A stretch of DNA of 64,000 bases from Octopus bimaculoides (lineage: Eukaryota), in assembly GCF_001194135.2 (NCBI RefSeq), contig NC_068981.1, positions 37,172,919 to 37,236,918 of the forward strand, in the 5' to 3' direction. The translations under genes and the position numbers were made by a program. How positions within the stretch are numbered: position 1 is the first letter of the stretch; every line of letters begins with the position of its first letter. The notes under the pieces are model-generated. The model was given only the letters and a program-made list of their open reading frames with translations. It was not told where the DNA came from and searched no databases. Positions 12,701 to 27,187 of the stretch are shown here, piece by piece.

Positions 12701-14789
12701 ATTGTTTGGACTTCACCAGGAAATATATGACTTCTTTAAGGAAAATCTTATTTGCTTCTATCTCCTGAGGAGAATGACAGGTCCCCTTTCACCATATGGT
12801 TGAATGATAAATTTAGTTAGAAACTTATACTTGAATAGTTTAAGTAACTACTTGTATGTACAAAACTACACAACCCTAGGTCAGACTCTCATTCTCTCTC
12901 TTTGTCTCTTTTTCTCCTCCTCCCCTCTCTCTCTCTTTATGTCTCTTATCTATGTCTTCTCAGGACTCAGTGAGATTTCAATCCAACATTACAAGCTAAT
13001 GAAGTAATCATCAGTTATAATGTGCTTTCATGATGCTGTTCTATCTTTCACATGATACCTAATTGCAGTTAGTGGGATTGAAGTGCTTTTATCAAGGGTA
13101 TATTGCACTGTAGTCGATAGAATTCAGACAGTTGACTCAGGCAAATACTGGGATATTTTTCAGTCAGTCTGAAGCAGTTATCATCCACAATATCTAGTGT
13201 TTCCAAGAAATATTCTATGAAACCCAATTTGTTAAGATTAATATAACTATATCGACAGAAATGGACAAAAAGGAGGGATGAGAAGAAGTGAGGAAAGAAG
13301 AGAGAGAAAGAGAGAAGGTCTGAAGAAGAAATACAAGAAGAAGAGCTTGAGTGACTGAAAGAGAATATGCATTCTGATCATAAAAGATATTAAGGCTTTT
13401 GAAAATGATTAACAATTAAGATAAATTTTGATTCCATAGATAAATGTTTCATTAAGTCATTCTCAATGTTAGCACCCTGCTAGAGTCACATTAACCTTAT
13501 GTTTAATTCAAGACTAGCTTAACGATTGTTTTCCAGGCAGTATGGCATCTGAGTTATTCTCTGGGAATGCATAGAATTACTTTGTTTTTATGTATTTTTA
13601 CTTATTTTTAATACAAAGTTGGTGTGCATTGTAAGAGACTTGGGCCCTATTCCCACTATTCATGCAGGATACTCTCTTGATCAGTGTAGAAACTTTTTTG
13701 ATCAATGTTCAAGTTTTTTATTTTGGTGAAGATGTCACCTCTTTAGTTCCTGTTGGTCATGTCAGTCTCTTATTGTAATTTTGTAATCTGTCCATAACAG
13801 AGAGTAGCCAATAAAGTAGTTTTATTGTTGTTTACAAATCCCTATTTTTTTGTACACTTTACATATTTATGGTATTCTCATTGTCATTCTGTCAGGTAGT
13901 AAAACATAGCAATGGGCATTGTACTACCATTTCTGCTGAGTAAATCTCACAAACTAAGACTTAAGTGAGAACCTATGGTGCAGAATCAGCTTCTAAAATG
14001 TATGACGATAATGTGATCAACTAAAGTGAGTATACATTCAAGGGATTTAAGTTCTAACTTATGTGATTCCCATTTTTAAAATAATCTAGATATGTTATAA
14101 GGAACTGTAAGATGCTATACAGAGCAGGTCCAGCACCCATGTTGAAACTATCCCATTGAGCACTATATTGGGTCATTAAGTAGTATTCAAAATAACTTGA
14201 TTAATTTAATTCCATTGACAAAATTAAGCAGACAATGTCAGAGAAGAAAATACATTAGTAAACATCATAGAACCAACGTTTTAAAGCAGGAAAAAATAAG
14301 CAAGGCAAATTAAAATTTAACCTCCAGACATCTTATCACAAGTGTCTATAATCACTTTCAACCTTTTGGTCAAGAGATTTGAATTAGATTTCAGCCAACA
14401 CACTATGTTATTTATATTACACATAAGTTAGATTTGTAAACAGTTTTATGGAATTATAGTATTAAATGAAATACTAATAGTTAACAGCCTTGAGATATTT
14501 TAATGTTTTATAATGTTTTCAATGATTCCAGCTGGCACATTGTTGCCATTGTTGACATTTCAGTATTTTAACCAGAAATTGCAACAAACTCTATAACAAA
14601 GGATTTTATTTATTTTCATTTTATATCACATTTGGTAAACAATATTGTCATTGGTTACAAAAGTCTCCAACAGGTCAATCACCAGTTCACTGCATTGTCT
14701 GTGAAACTATGGTAAAACAAATAGCACACAGGGTATTTTAATTCAAAAGCAATAGATTTGTGGGGTTTCCCACTGATGTTTACATTCTT

Positions 14790-14793
14790 TGTC

Positions 14794-14862
<69 letters not shown>

Positions 14863-15038
14863 CACATTCATATACATACATTCACACACTCATATATATA
14901 TACATACATACATACATACATACATAAACACATATTGGCAACAGATAAATGCACACACACACACCTATTTATCTATCTATGTATCTGTATATATATAGGG
15001 AGAGAGAGAGGGGGAGAGAGAGAGAGGGAGAGGGAGAT

Positions 15039-15125
<87 letters not shown>
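14790..15125. repeat. (TA)n, (TACA)n and (GA)n microsatellite cluster
   Basis: Directly visible. Confidence 0.95.
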
Positions 15126-15295
15126 GTGGTGGTGTGTGTGTATGGGGGGAGGAGATTTCACAGTCAAACATTTATTTGGCAAATTACTTGATCTGAAAAC
15201 TGTTGAAAATAAAACAATTTCCATTGCAGAGAAGTCATTGTAGCCATTTTAGAACACACAAAAAGATATAATCCCCTTTTGTTTATTTTTTGAGT

Positions 15296-15592
15296 TGGTG
15301 GAGGCCTGTGACTTAGTGGTTAGAATATTTGGCTCCTGACTGTAAAGGCGAGAGTTCAATTCCTGGTGGCTCATTGTACCCTTGAGCAATACATTTTTAT
15401 TTCACATTGCTCCAGTTCACTCAACTGGTAAAAATGAGTTATACCTGTAATTCAAAAGACACTGAATCTGTTAAGAGTATGCATGTCTGTAGAGCACTCT
15501 GCCACTTGCATGATAACTTCACCAGTAAGCTGTTCTGTTAATCAGATCAACTGAAACACTTGTTATTGTAGCCAACAGAGTGCCATTTATTT
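15296..15592 (+). mobile_element. tRNA-derived SINE, family C
   Basis: A-box-like TGACTTAGTGG, B-box-like GAGTTCAATTCC, then CCCTTGAGCAA...TTGCTCCAGTTCACTCAACTGG, resembling the conserved central domains of metazoan SINEs (CORE/V/Meta-type). Confidence 0.65.
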
Positions 15593-16335
15593 CTTGAGTT
15601 GTCTAAATTTTTAACATACTTTTTGAATCCTGGCTACTGACATATTTTTCCACTGCAATTCCACTGCAATTAAATTATATTAATTATGTTAATGACCCGG
15701 ATGTAGAAGTGCAACACAAATTTTGGTACTTAAAGAAATACATGGAAAATGAATATAACAGTTTTACTCTATATAACAGGTTTCCACACAGTTTCCAAAG
15801 CAATGGTGAAAGAGACTGACACAAAGAACTGAAAACATGTGTTTACATATACATGGTTTAACTTACAAATGTAACCACAACTAATTTCTGCCTTATATTT
15901 TAGTATTAAAGGGAATAGGTTAATTAATTACTCCTTGTTCTGTCAAATCTGAACGAATATGAAACTAATTTGATACTGGGAGAAATTGGATATGAAATAG
16001 ATCAATATTCAAGAGTTCATATGAACTATACAACTGTTTCTGAGCCATCACTCTGGCTTTAAATCTAGTTTAAATCATTTAACCTCAGGTCAAGTCAGAT
16101 TGGGAAAATATGCGATCAAGCATGTAGTTCCAGCCTTAGACATCTCATCTTTTTTGTTTTTCAGAGACTAAGTTGTTCAATGTTTTTATGTTTATAAGAT
16201 AAAGTTGAAATGCTATTTGAGGTAGATTTGGCTGATATATTTAAGTCATTAATCAACAGCATTGATCCATCCCTGATTGGCTCTCTTGCTTAGCTAGATT
16301 GGTTTCTTTCTATTTCTTCTAATTTATTAAAGATA

Positions 16336-17561
16336 TCAGGTTGAGTAAAAAGTAAGCAACGTTTTGAATCATGAAGAATTTGTACCGGATTTTTGAAGAA
16401 TTTTGAATGTTTTAAAACATTTTTTTTTTGCAATTGTCTGATAATACATTGATATTTTTTCTCTGTTACAATAATCTGAAATGGAACTGTGAAAGTGCAA
16501 TATGCGAGAAATTTTGCTATTCAACTTCAAAAAAATGACGTAAAGCAGCTGAAACTGCTCGCAATATGAACAAAACATTTGGTGAGGAAATTTGTTGAGC
16601 CAGCTCAAAAATAGTTTAAATGATTTTGCAGTGGAGACCTGAACCTTGAAGATCGTGAGCATAGTGGAAGCCCATCTGTCATCAATGACGGTCAATTAAA
16701 GACCGTCATTGAGAAGGATCCATGTAAAACCACTTGAGAACTGGCAAAAGAACTAAAAAGTTATCCAGAAAATTGCCTGCAACCATTTGCAGGAAATCAA
16801 AAAAGCTTGACAAATGGGTAGCACACGATTTGAATGAAAATCAGAAAATGCACAGATATGAAATTTGCTCATCACTTCTCCATAACTAGACCAATCCATT
16901 TCTCAACTGCATTGAAACTTGTGACGAAAAGTGGATTCTGTACAATAATAAATAACGTTCTTTGCAGTGGTTGGACCAAAATGATGCACCGAAAACCTTC
17001 CTTAAATCTGAGCTCTTCAAAAAGAAGGTTATGGTGACTGTTTGATGGTGTATTGCTAAATTCATCCACTATAACTTCTTTAAACCTGGAAAAACCATTA
17101 CTGCAGAAACATATCGCCATGAAATTACCAAGATGTAAGAAGAACTACTACTCCTCCATCCCAGATTGGTCAACAGAAGACTAGTCATTCTTCATGACAA
17201 TACTTGACCACACATTTCCCTAATGCCACTCCAGAAGCTGAAGGAACTTGGCTACGAAGTTCTTCTTTGCCCAGCTTATTCCTCAGACCTTTCTCCTACT
17301 GACTACCACTTTTTCAAGCACCTTAATGGTTTCCTGCGAGAGAAGGAGTTCAAAAATCAATGCTGAAAGTGTGTTCAAAGAGTTCATCATCTCCATAACT
17401 CCAGACATTTAAGTTACTGGGATAAACAAATTTGTAACTCACTGGCAAAAATGTGTTGATTATAATGATACTTACTTTGATGAATAAAATTTCTGCGTTG
17501 TTGAAGTATATTTTGATGAATTTCATGTTTCAAAATGTTGCTTACTTTTAACTCAGCCTGA
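16336..17561 (+). mobile_element. Full-length mariner (DD34D) transposon with a defective transposase
   Basis: 33-bp TIRs at 16336-16368 and 17529-17561 (30/33 identical by manual alignment), flanked by TA at 16334-5 and 17562-3. Motifs: MREILLF..KAAETARN, TCDEKWILYNN (~16918), HDNT*PH (~17192) and PAYSSDLSPTDYHFFKHL (~17271). Multiple stops and frameshifts. Confidence 0.95.
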
Positions 17562-18219
17562 TATTATATAAACTTTGCCGTAGTACTATAGTATGATAGC
17601 ATAAATATTTTGTGTACTTTTGATATTTTAAATCCAGTATTTTAGGTTAGTTGTATTTCATTAGTGTGTTCCAGCCAACTCCTTTATCTGTATTCTGATG
17701 GTGCATCACTTGAACTTTATACTTAAGGTAATATTTAGTTGCTCTATTAGGAAATCAACTGGATTTTTTGGAAAATCTTTTGCTTATTTATCTACATAAA
17801 AACTGAAATTATCTCCAAGAATCTGAATTATCATAAGAATACAAGGGATCTATAGTTCTTATCTACATTATATTAATTCGTTGTATTGAAATGATAGCCT
17901 ATATTTCAGCTAGAAACTTGCTCCTAGAAGAATCATAACTGAGTTAAGCCATAGGTAATTTTTACTTTTGTTGATGTTATTACAAACAGTATTAGTCTCA
18001 CTTTATCAGTGAAGTATTTTGTAGCAATCTTTACATCCACCACATTTCATGTTTACTTTTGCCCTGAATATATCATGTATAAACCATCATTTTGCCTTTT
18101 TTCTTTCAATTTGAACTTGAGACATAATCAGCATAAATGCATGCTTATCATTTATTGTAATTCAACAGATTATCATCATCATTATTTACTATGCATGCAG
18201 GAATTGAACAAAAATTGCT

Positions 18220-18590
18220 GAGGAAGATTGCCTACTGTGAGAAACCTTTCCTGTCACCAACCCTTATCTGTTTCCAAGCAGAGTAATATTTCTTCATGGC
18301 TGAGCATGTTCTGATGGAAGTTTGAAAATGAAGGCTATCACTTGTATGACAGTGACAATCATTTACGACTATCATACATACAAGGTCAAGACAAGAGCAG
18401 GCACACACACATATGCCTATGCAGACACACACACACATGAAATTTTCAATGATAAAATAAATATTAAATTAAATTAGTCACTTTGCAAGCTTAGATGCAA
18501 GAGACAAAAAAATGTACATAGAACTATCCAAGGAAATTGAACCCCACATTGTTATAATCCAGACAGCCATGCTAACCGTGTTGAAGCTGA
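18220..18590 (-). mobile_element. Probable SINE-like dispersed repeat remnants
   Basis: AAATTGAACCCC (antisense B-box-like, ~18535) plus a non-microsatellite body resembling a common octopus repeat (recalled, unverified). Confidence 0.35.
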
Positions 18591-19737
18591 CTTCACTTTT
18601 GTTTTTCATGCAGACTGCATTTCTAAGTAATTTATTCTCTAATCTATTCTATTTTCCTTCCTTAACCAATATACAATGAATTAGCTGACACATCTTTTCC
18701 AGAAAAAAAAACAAAAACCGAAGCATGTTCTACCTATTTTGACATATGAGATTATTATGACTGACTTGTTTGGCCCATATTAACAGAGATAATCTATTTT
18801 TCTAAGTCTGCCATAAATAGCACAAATACCAAAATAGGTATTATTTTACACAGGTGTAAAATGGTAATCAATTATATCATGAATTAATAAGAATTTCTAT
18901 GATTCCTTTGATATTACAATAAATGCCCATGACTCAGTTGAAACCAGTTACCTAGTTGGTTCATATAATCTACTCAAAATGAAGTGGCCTTTATTGTGAG
19001 GATGGACTTATAACTTCACTGCAGCCAACATTTGCCCTCTAGAATCTAATTGTTTGGCAATTGATATAGCGTATCAATATATAGTTAACTGCCATCAACA
19101 ATTCTAAAACTAAATCTGGTAGGACTACAAGCTCCTGTAAGTTAAGTTTTTATTCTCTCATGCATAGCTCTAGAAATTCAGACAGAAGTAGCTAAACCGC
19201 TTTGGTTTTATACATATAGTCTTTAAAATAGAATTCAATATCCTTTGAATTCATTTGGCTACCATAATCTTTTCCTAAAATTCTATTGCTCAAATACTAC
19301 TAACAAGAGCTTCCCACTTGAATTCATACAAAATTCAAGATATACACATTTTCCCTGCTGATTATCTTCTGACACTGCTAGAAACAACCATATCCCTATA
19401 TGCTTGTATCTGTCTTTATGTATCAATAATATTTTAGTCAATCCATTCATTAATTCAATATTTCTCATTCTCAGTCAATTACTATTCCCAACGTTTGTGC
19501 ATCCATGAATGTTTTTTTCCACATTGGTATGCATTGCTTTGTTTTGAATTTGAATCAGTTCACATTCTATCTTCGTTTTATATTAGCTCAACATTAAGAG
19601 GAGATAAAACATTATGATCATGAGGTAACTGCTGCTTGTATTTAATATCAAACATATCTACTCTGTATAGGTCATGCATTGAGTACTTACAACCTAACTG
19701 GCCACTTTTGCTTTCACCAACAGATTTTTAATCATTA

Positions 19738-19783
<46 letters not shown>

Positions 19784-19840
19784 TGTGTTTGTGTATTTAT
19801 TAGTCAATTTAATGTTGAACTGCTGATGTGCAGTTTTAAA

Positions 19841-20056
19841 TGTTGGTTTCAAATTTTGGCACAAGGGCAACAAGTTTGTGTGAGTTGAAAGTCAATTACA
19901 TCAACTCACAGTGCTCAATTGGTACTTATTTTATCAACCCTGAAAGGATGAAAGATAAAGTCAACTTTAGAGGAATTTGAACTCAGAATGTACAGATAAA
20001 AGAAATGCCATTTAGCATTTTGCCCAGCATGCTAACAATTCTGCCATCTCGCTGAC
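19841..20056 (-). mobile_element. SINE family A, antisense copy
   Basis: TTGGTTTCAAATTTTGGCAC...GGTACTTATTTTATCAACCC...GGAATTTGAACTCAGAA...AATTCTGCCATCTCGC is the reverse complement of the family A pattern. Confidence 0.85.
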
Positions 20057-20084
20057 TTCAGCTTCTCTACTATTAGCTTTGGTT

Positions 20085-20285
20085 AAGGTGGTGAACTGGG
20101 AGAATCATTAACACACTGGGCAAAATGCTTAGAAACATTTCATCTATCTGTACATTCTGAGTTCAAATTCCACTGAGATCCACTCTACTTTTCATCCTTT
20201 TGGGGGGTCGATAAAATAAGTGCTGGCTATTTTATCTGCCCCTCTCCCAAAATTGCTGGCATTGTGTCAGAATTTGAAACCAATA
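20085..20285 (+). mobile_element. SINE family A, sense copy
   Basis: GGTGGTGAACTGGGAGAATC...TTCTGAGTTCAAATTCC...GGGTCGATAAAATAAG...AATTTGAAACCAATA. Confidence 0.85.
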
Positions 20286-20514
20286 TCAATTACTAAAGGA
20301 TGGGTGCACAATATGTTTTTAATGCTAATAGTTGGCAGAGTTTAAAGTTATAGCAAAAAAGAGAGTTTCTTAAAATAAACACAATGTCAAATATTTTGGT
20401 CATAAGTATGAATCTGATTAGAACTTGAGGTGTAGTAAAAATGCAGGCTGAAAACAGCAACAAGAACAATGATATTTCTGATTTAAACTGGGCACCAGTT
20501 TCTAAAGAGATATA

Positions 20515-20620
20515 GTTGCTTATATCGACTCCTGTAATGACTGGTACTTATTTTATTGACATTGAATGGATCAAATGCAAAGTGAAATTACGAATATAAA
20601 CTCAGAATGCAAAACAATGT
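20515..20620 (-). mobile_element. SINE family A internal fragment
   Basis: CTGGTACTTATTTTATTGAC...AAACTCAGAATG matches the antisense family A body. Confidence 0.55.
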
Positions 20621-21844
20621 AGCTGAAACAATTGCTTTCCCTAATTTCAGTTTCCAACAGTAAGCTGAGATGCAATCAACATCTCAGTAATTGATTTCGA
20701 ATTGTAGTCTTCTGGTACCTCATGGAATTGGTTTTAAAGATAAACAAAAATAGAAAGAAAGAAAAAATATACAAAGAACAAAATAAAAATCACAAAAATC
20801 AACAACTTAGCTGATATCGTATAAGTCCTTAAACAGTTATCATTAAGTTATGTTTATATTTAATATACTATGAGGGTTTTTCTTCTCATTTTTATCATTA
20901 TCCTTACTCCTCCTCCCTCATACTGTTCAATCTCTTACTTGCTTGTTTACTCTCCTCCTCCTCTTTTTTTTTTTATTTCTTTTCTTTGTCTGCAACTTCC
21001 TAAACCTGTAACTAAACTGAGTTCTATCTGAATTGTTATTATCCATCATTCTTCGGAGATGTTCACTGAACGATTATGCTTATGATATGACTTGAGCTGG
21101 CAAGAAAGATAGTGCGTGTGTCTATGTATGACTGTTTATCTCTGTGTGTGTATGTATGACTGTTTATGTTTATGTATATGTGAGCCTGTGTGTTTAGTTT
21201 TTGTTTGTTTATTTTGTTCTACAATTCTTTTGTTTTATTTTGATTTCTTATTTTCTTCCTAAATAGATTGTTGTTATTATTATAGTTGTTGATGTTGATA
21301 TTTTGTCTTTGTTGTTGTTTTCAGCCTGCCCCTATCACACCTCAAGGCCCTGATCAGATGTTAAAGATGGCAACATTTCTCACATTATCAATCATGCTTG
21401 ATACTAAGAATCAAAAACATATTTATTTGAGGAATTCTGGGAATGCAAAATAAGACCAGGATGAGTGTTTCCTGTTAATCTTTTGTGCTTCGTCAAGAAT
21501 TTTTAAAGAGAATAATAAAAGCCTTTCAGAAAATGATATCTATGCTCTTTTTCTATGGTACTTGTTGTTGTTGTTGTTGTTACTGTTATTGTTACTGTTG
21601 CAGCACTGGAATTGTTGTTGTTTTTCTTATTGTTGTTGATGTTAGGGTGTTCTCTCTATTTCTGTTTCTCACTCATGAAGTTCTTCTCACAAAAACTTCC
21701 CCCCTCTCTCCCTCCCTCTTTCCTCTTCCCCATCTCATCTTTACAGGAACCAACACATTAAAACTTCCTCTTTTTCTCACTCCCCTATCAGTTTATGTGT
21801 ATCTATGTCTCCACCTCTCTTCCTGTTTCTCTCTCATATATACA

Positions 21845-21891
<47 letters not shown>

Positions 21892-22345
21892 GTGTGTGTG
21901 TGTGTGCATAGAGGTATATATCTATCTATGTAGATAAATATATATCTCTATCTATCTATCTATCTATCTATCTATACATGCATACATACATACATACATG
22001 CATACATACATATACATACACATACATGCACACACACACACACATATATATATATACATACACACACACACATATATATACATACACACTCACATATATA
22101 TACACACACACACACATATATACACACATATGCACATACACATATACACACACATATTTACATGCACATATATATATACACACACGTGTATATATATATA
22201 CACACACGTGTATATATATATACACATACATATATACACACACACACATATATACACACACACACATATATATATATACACATGCATATATACACACATA
22301 CACACACACACATACACACACACACACACACATATTTACATGCAT
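21845..22345. repeat. Long compound (TG)n/(TCTA)n/interleaved (CA)(TA) repeat
   Basis: Directly visible; it generates the spurious HT/YI-rich ORFs. Confidence 0.95.
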
Positions 22346-22915
22346 TTGTCTGTGTCTGTGAGCACACCACCCTTTTCTCTCCTTCTGGCTGTCTGTTGCT
22401 TTGTTTTCTTCTATCCATGTCTCTTTACCTCTCTGTCTTTTACTTATCCTCTTCCTTTCTCTCTCAATATTGGCTCTCTTTATCTGAATATTGCTATGTC
22501 TCAAAAGATTCAATTCTCATACCTTCTCACAGTCTTCCTTTCATAATATTCTCTCTCAACTCTCTTTCTCACTTTCTTTTCTCTCTATCTAACTCTCTAC
22601 ATGTTACATTATTCAACAATCTAGTCTCATCAGCAGATATATGCCATTCCAGGAAGGAAATACACAGAATAGAAGTAGAGATAACAAGATTCCTTGAAAT
22701 CTCTTCTATGTTGTTTAATGACAGCTAAATAAAAACAAAGCTAAGTGTTTACTAAAGACCATGATAAATAAATAAGAAACAAAAGCAAAAATATAAATAA
22801 AGCATAAACAACAATAACAAAGGAAAAATTAAATATAATTTAATAATAAATATAATATAATAAAAAGGAAGTATAAGGTTTTTAGTTTATACGTGCACAT
22901 ATGTATGTGTATGCG

Positions 22916-22958
<43 letters not shown>

Positions 22959-25900
22959 AAGAAAGAGAGAAAGAGAGAGAAAGAGAAAGAGAGAGTGCAG
23001 AATTGAAAATTTATAATGGGCACAAATGATATTCTAGAGTGTGTGAAGAGTGTGGTGAAATAAAGCAGACATGGTAAAGTAGGAGAGAAGTGAAGATGAT
23101 AGAAGTTGGGGAGATACTGAGATGAGAGTATTTGGATATATCGAAAAATAAAAGATGAAAGAAGGAGAGTGAGTTAATGAAAGAAGGACATAAAAAGAGA
23201 AGGCAAAGAATGAGATAAAGAGAGAAAATTAAAAACAAGGAAGAGAGTTCATGTGTAGGGGGTAATTGGGGAGATAGAATTGGTTGAATATTTAGACAAG
23301 AGTCTGAGACAGGAGACACTGGGGTCAGTGAGTGAAACTGAGCTACTTTAGACAGGTGTAGACTCTTCAATTCCAAGAAAGCAGGGGATATTATAGTAGA
23401 AGTGGAAGAGACAGAGAGAGGACATAGCTTGATAATGGAATAGTAGGTGGTGGTAAATGAAGTTTGGTTTAAATAAATGGCATTTGTATGCATTGAGTGG
23501 ATTTTGTATACATGAATAGAATTTATAGTGTTCACATGTTCTCTTTAACAATGAGCCATAATAGTTTAAAATTTTTTGCCTATAAATTCAAACATATCAA
23601 AATTCTGACACGAGAAATGTGGCTCACGCAATTGAATGACAGATAGTTATACAGATAAATAGATAATGATTATGAGGTACTAATAAAGTCAGTACCTCCC
23701 TTAGGAATTCTTTCATTTACAGATTCTCTGTAATCAGTCCCAACACCAAGTGAAGAGTAATAACTCACACTTCAAAGAAACCATATTCTCCAAGAATTAT
23801 TTGTAATGTTACTCTGTAAGCAGCACATCTGGCAAATAATGATTAATTAAACATTTTCATTTATTCACACTTTCTTAATTATCTGACCATTTAGTCTGTA
23901 TTACCAGGATACCACTGGGATTAAAGCTTAGAACATCTGGTCCAAATGTTCAATGTAATTTTGTTGAGAGAAAAACTGATATTGTTTTAATGTTGCATAG
24001 CAAAAATATTTACTTAAGTTTGTTACAGCTCATTAGGCAAAAAGACCAACATTGATTCTAAAAAGCAAAGGAATATTGTGAAAGGTCTCGACAAAATGTC
24101 TTGAACACTTTGTAGGTATCTAGTGAGAATTTTTTTTATTATAAAGTTAGCCATTATCCTAATGGATAATTCAATGACGTTTGACAGTAGGTGGCATGCA
24201 AACAAATTCATATTCTTTTCTTTGGCCTGTAATGGAAATCTTGTGTAAAAGCATAGATTTTACATCATAATAAAACGAATACAGCACAATCTCAATCAAC
24301 AGGGTTTACTTGGGAAAATTTTATTTTCACCAGTTAATCAGTGAATAAGGTTCAGTGTATTTTTGTGTGTACCTAATCAATAGTAATTGATTTCTACCTA
24401 GGTTTTTGCCTAAGGAAGAATCCATTCTACCTGAAGAACAGAAATTCTAGGTTCTTCATCTACTTTGGAAAAACACTTTTGGTTGAACAGTTACCTCACA
24501 CATCTATAAATCTTTTTACCCTCTGAACTTAACAAACCTACTTTGATAGGATTAGGTAAATGCACAAACATGCACATTTATACTTGCACACATGTGTCAA
24601 TTTGTGGACTTCAAACCACATAACCATCCTTTCTTGACAGTGAAAGATTTTATATTTTTTAAAACTTTGTACCACTCAGACTAGTCTCCATCATCTTCTA
24701 GTAGTAAGGAGAAAATATATTCAATTTGCATATTTTTTACAGTTTTAAAATTTTACTCACAAAGTCTAGCCTTTTTAAACCAAGAGTATTAAGTATTCTT
24801 CATCATACAATAAACAAAATATGTGGATGCTTGAAGAGAGAGAGATAGAGAGAGAGAGAGAGTTAAGGCATAAAAGCATCCATAATGCTTGTTGATTATT
24901 TTCAGTTTTATGAGGTACTGACTAGACAAGAGACAAATATTTCCCAAGAGAAAACTCAGGTTTATCACAGACAACTTATCTTGTGAGAATAAATTTAACT
25001 AAATACTATGAGCCAGTATTGCTGTCACTTATGTCTCTAACATACTATTGAGAACAATGCAACTCATATTTACAGTGCAATGTCAGGAAGAAGACTCTGA
25101 ACTGCTAACTTAGTTGTCAGGTACCTTGTTAGCTCAAGCACTTACTCATCATAAAAACCAAATATAAAATCATTAATATAAACTAACAAAATTTGATGGT
25201 TATAATATCCTAAATAATTTTGTAAGTTTCACTTGTTACCTTAATAAAGAGAAATATTTGATAACACTTCTGTTGATCTAGGTGTACTGAACAGTAATTA
25301 GAGTATGCACAATACACTTATGTAAAACAAACAGAAGCATTCAAACATTAGATACTGGAGACAACAGATATATAAATAAACACAAAAACTACATCAACTG
25401 GAAAAAAACATGCACAAAAACAGATAAAAATGCTTAAGTATACACACATGTGCATACACTCATACACACTTATACATACACAAAGTGGAACATATATGGA
25501 CATTTAGATAAAAACTAAATCCATTATCTCAACTTAAGGCAAACATTTTCATACTGTGACAGCTTTAATTATTTTTTTTTCACTATCTCTCTTTTCCTAT
25601 ATTAAATGATGTGGAAATAATCTTAGAAATCTTTCCACTTCATTAACTGTAGAAAATGATGCTTAACACTCCTTTTATGTTTAATGAATCATTTTGGTAA
25701 AAATAATGCTTCTCTTTTCATGTGAATGCCTTAGTTTATAATGCTTACATTGCAACTGATATACAACCTTTGATGTGTATAAAATAGAAGATTATTACTA
25801 TTTTCTAAAAATAAAAAATAAAAATTAAGGAAATGCATTTTTAAAATAGTAAAATCTTAGATATTCTTCAAATTGTAGGTGGCATAATTTTTAATATAGT

Positions 25901-26237
25901 GTAAAATGATGAGTTATATTACATTATGTTTTTTTAAATATTGAAACTTTATATAAATGAAATATCTTTGTTTAAATTCTAAACTTAATGTTATTATCTA
26001 ACTACATCTATAAGCATATTGCTTAATTCCATGCAAAATGCTTCCAGCTATTGAAGATTTCCTTTGCAAACAGAGTCTAAACCAAACATAAAAGTTCCAG
26101 CTCAGTAGGAATATTGGTTTATTGACTCATTTACTATGCACACTATTAACTTTGCTGCTCAGTCAACCATTTTTGTAGGTAAAATTTGCATACATGTTGA
26201 ACATAGTCATACTAATCTTGCTAATTCTCTCACTTTT

Positions 26238-26425
<188 letters not shown>

Positions 26426-26427
26426 AT

Positions 26428-26785
26428 TGAGGGTAGTGGATTGGCAGAATCATTAAAGCATCAGGGAAAAAAATGCCTTCCTGTATTTATTCTGACTCTG
26501 TATTTTGAGTTCATATCCTGCTGCAGTCATCTTTATCTTTTATGTTTCTAGGTTTGAGAAAATGAATTACCAGTTCAGTAGTGGGTTTGACTTAGTTGAC
26601 TGATTCCTCTCTTCTAATTTTCATCTTGTGAAGATCTTAGAAAAGACTAGTGTAATGACATGAGGGTAGAAAATTGGCAGAATCATTATAGCATTTGATA
26701 AAATGCCTTGCTGTATTTATTTTGGCACTTTACATTCTGAGTTCAAATCCTGCCAAAGTAAACTTTACCTTTCAGCCTTCCAAGA
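26428..26785 (+). mobile_element. Two tandem partial family A SINEs (26428-26615 and 26662-26785)
   Basis: Both start GAGGGTAG..ATTGGCAGAATCATTA and contain (T)GAGTTCA(T/A)ATCCTGC. Confidence 0.7.
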
Positions 26786-26981
26786 TTTCACTGAAATTTT
26801 CTAGCCTTTTGCTTATCCAACAAATTATAATAATAATAATTATCATTACAATTACTAAGAGTGGTTTTTTTGAAAGGACTGGTAGTGCAGTATTTATCCA
26901 TGATACTTTACAGGCTAAGTTTATAACTCATTAATGTCAAATTTACTTTCCATCCTTCTTGGGATTGATATTATTAAGTAG

Positions 26982-27145
26982 AGGTGCAGGAGTGGCTGTG
27001 TGGTAAGTAACTTGCTTACCAACCACATGGTTCCAGGTTCAGTCCCACTGTGTGGCACCTTGGGTGTCTTCTACTATAGCCTCAGGCTGACCAAAGCCTT
27101 GTGAGTGGATTTAGTAGATGGAAACTGAAAGAAGCCCATCATACA

Positions 27146-27187
<42 letters not shown>

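Noticed and set aside
21460-21557. Possible 98-nt exon (DECFLLIFCASSRIFKENNKSLSENDIYALFL)
   Set aside because: No polypyrimidine tract before the AG, a weak donor and no recognisable homology.
23673-23697. GAGGTACT-N9-AGTACCTC perfect 8-bp inverted repeat
   Set aside because: Too short to call; it may be a collapsed transposon end or chance.
24185-24196. CAGTAGGTGGCA, a CTCF-like motif
   Set aside because: A single 12-bp degenerate match can arise by chance in 128 kb of two-strand sequence, and there is no supporting context.
26982-27060. tRNA-like A/B boxes here and at 3521, 15296, 20085 and 45755 as tRNA genes
   Set aside because: No complete cloverleaf, and each continues into a shared SINE body, so they are SINE heads.
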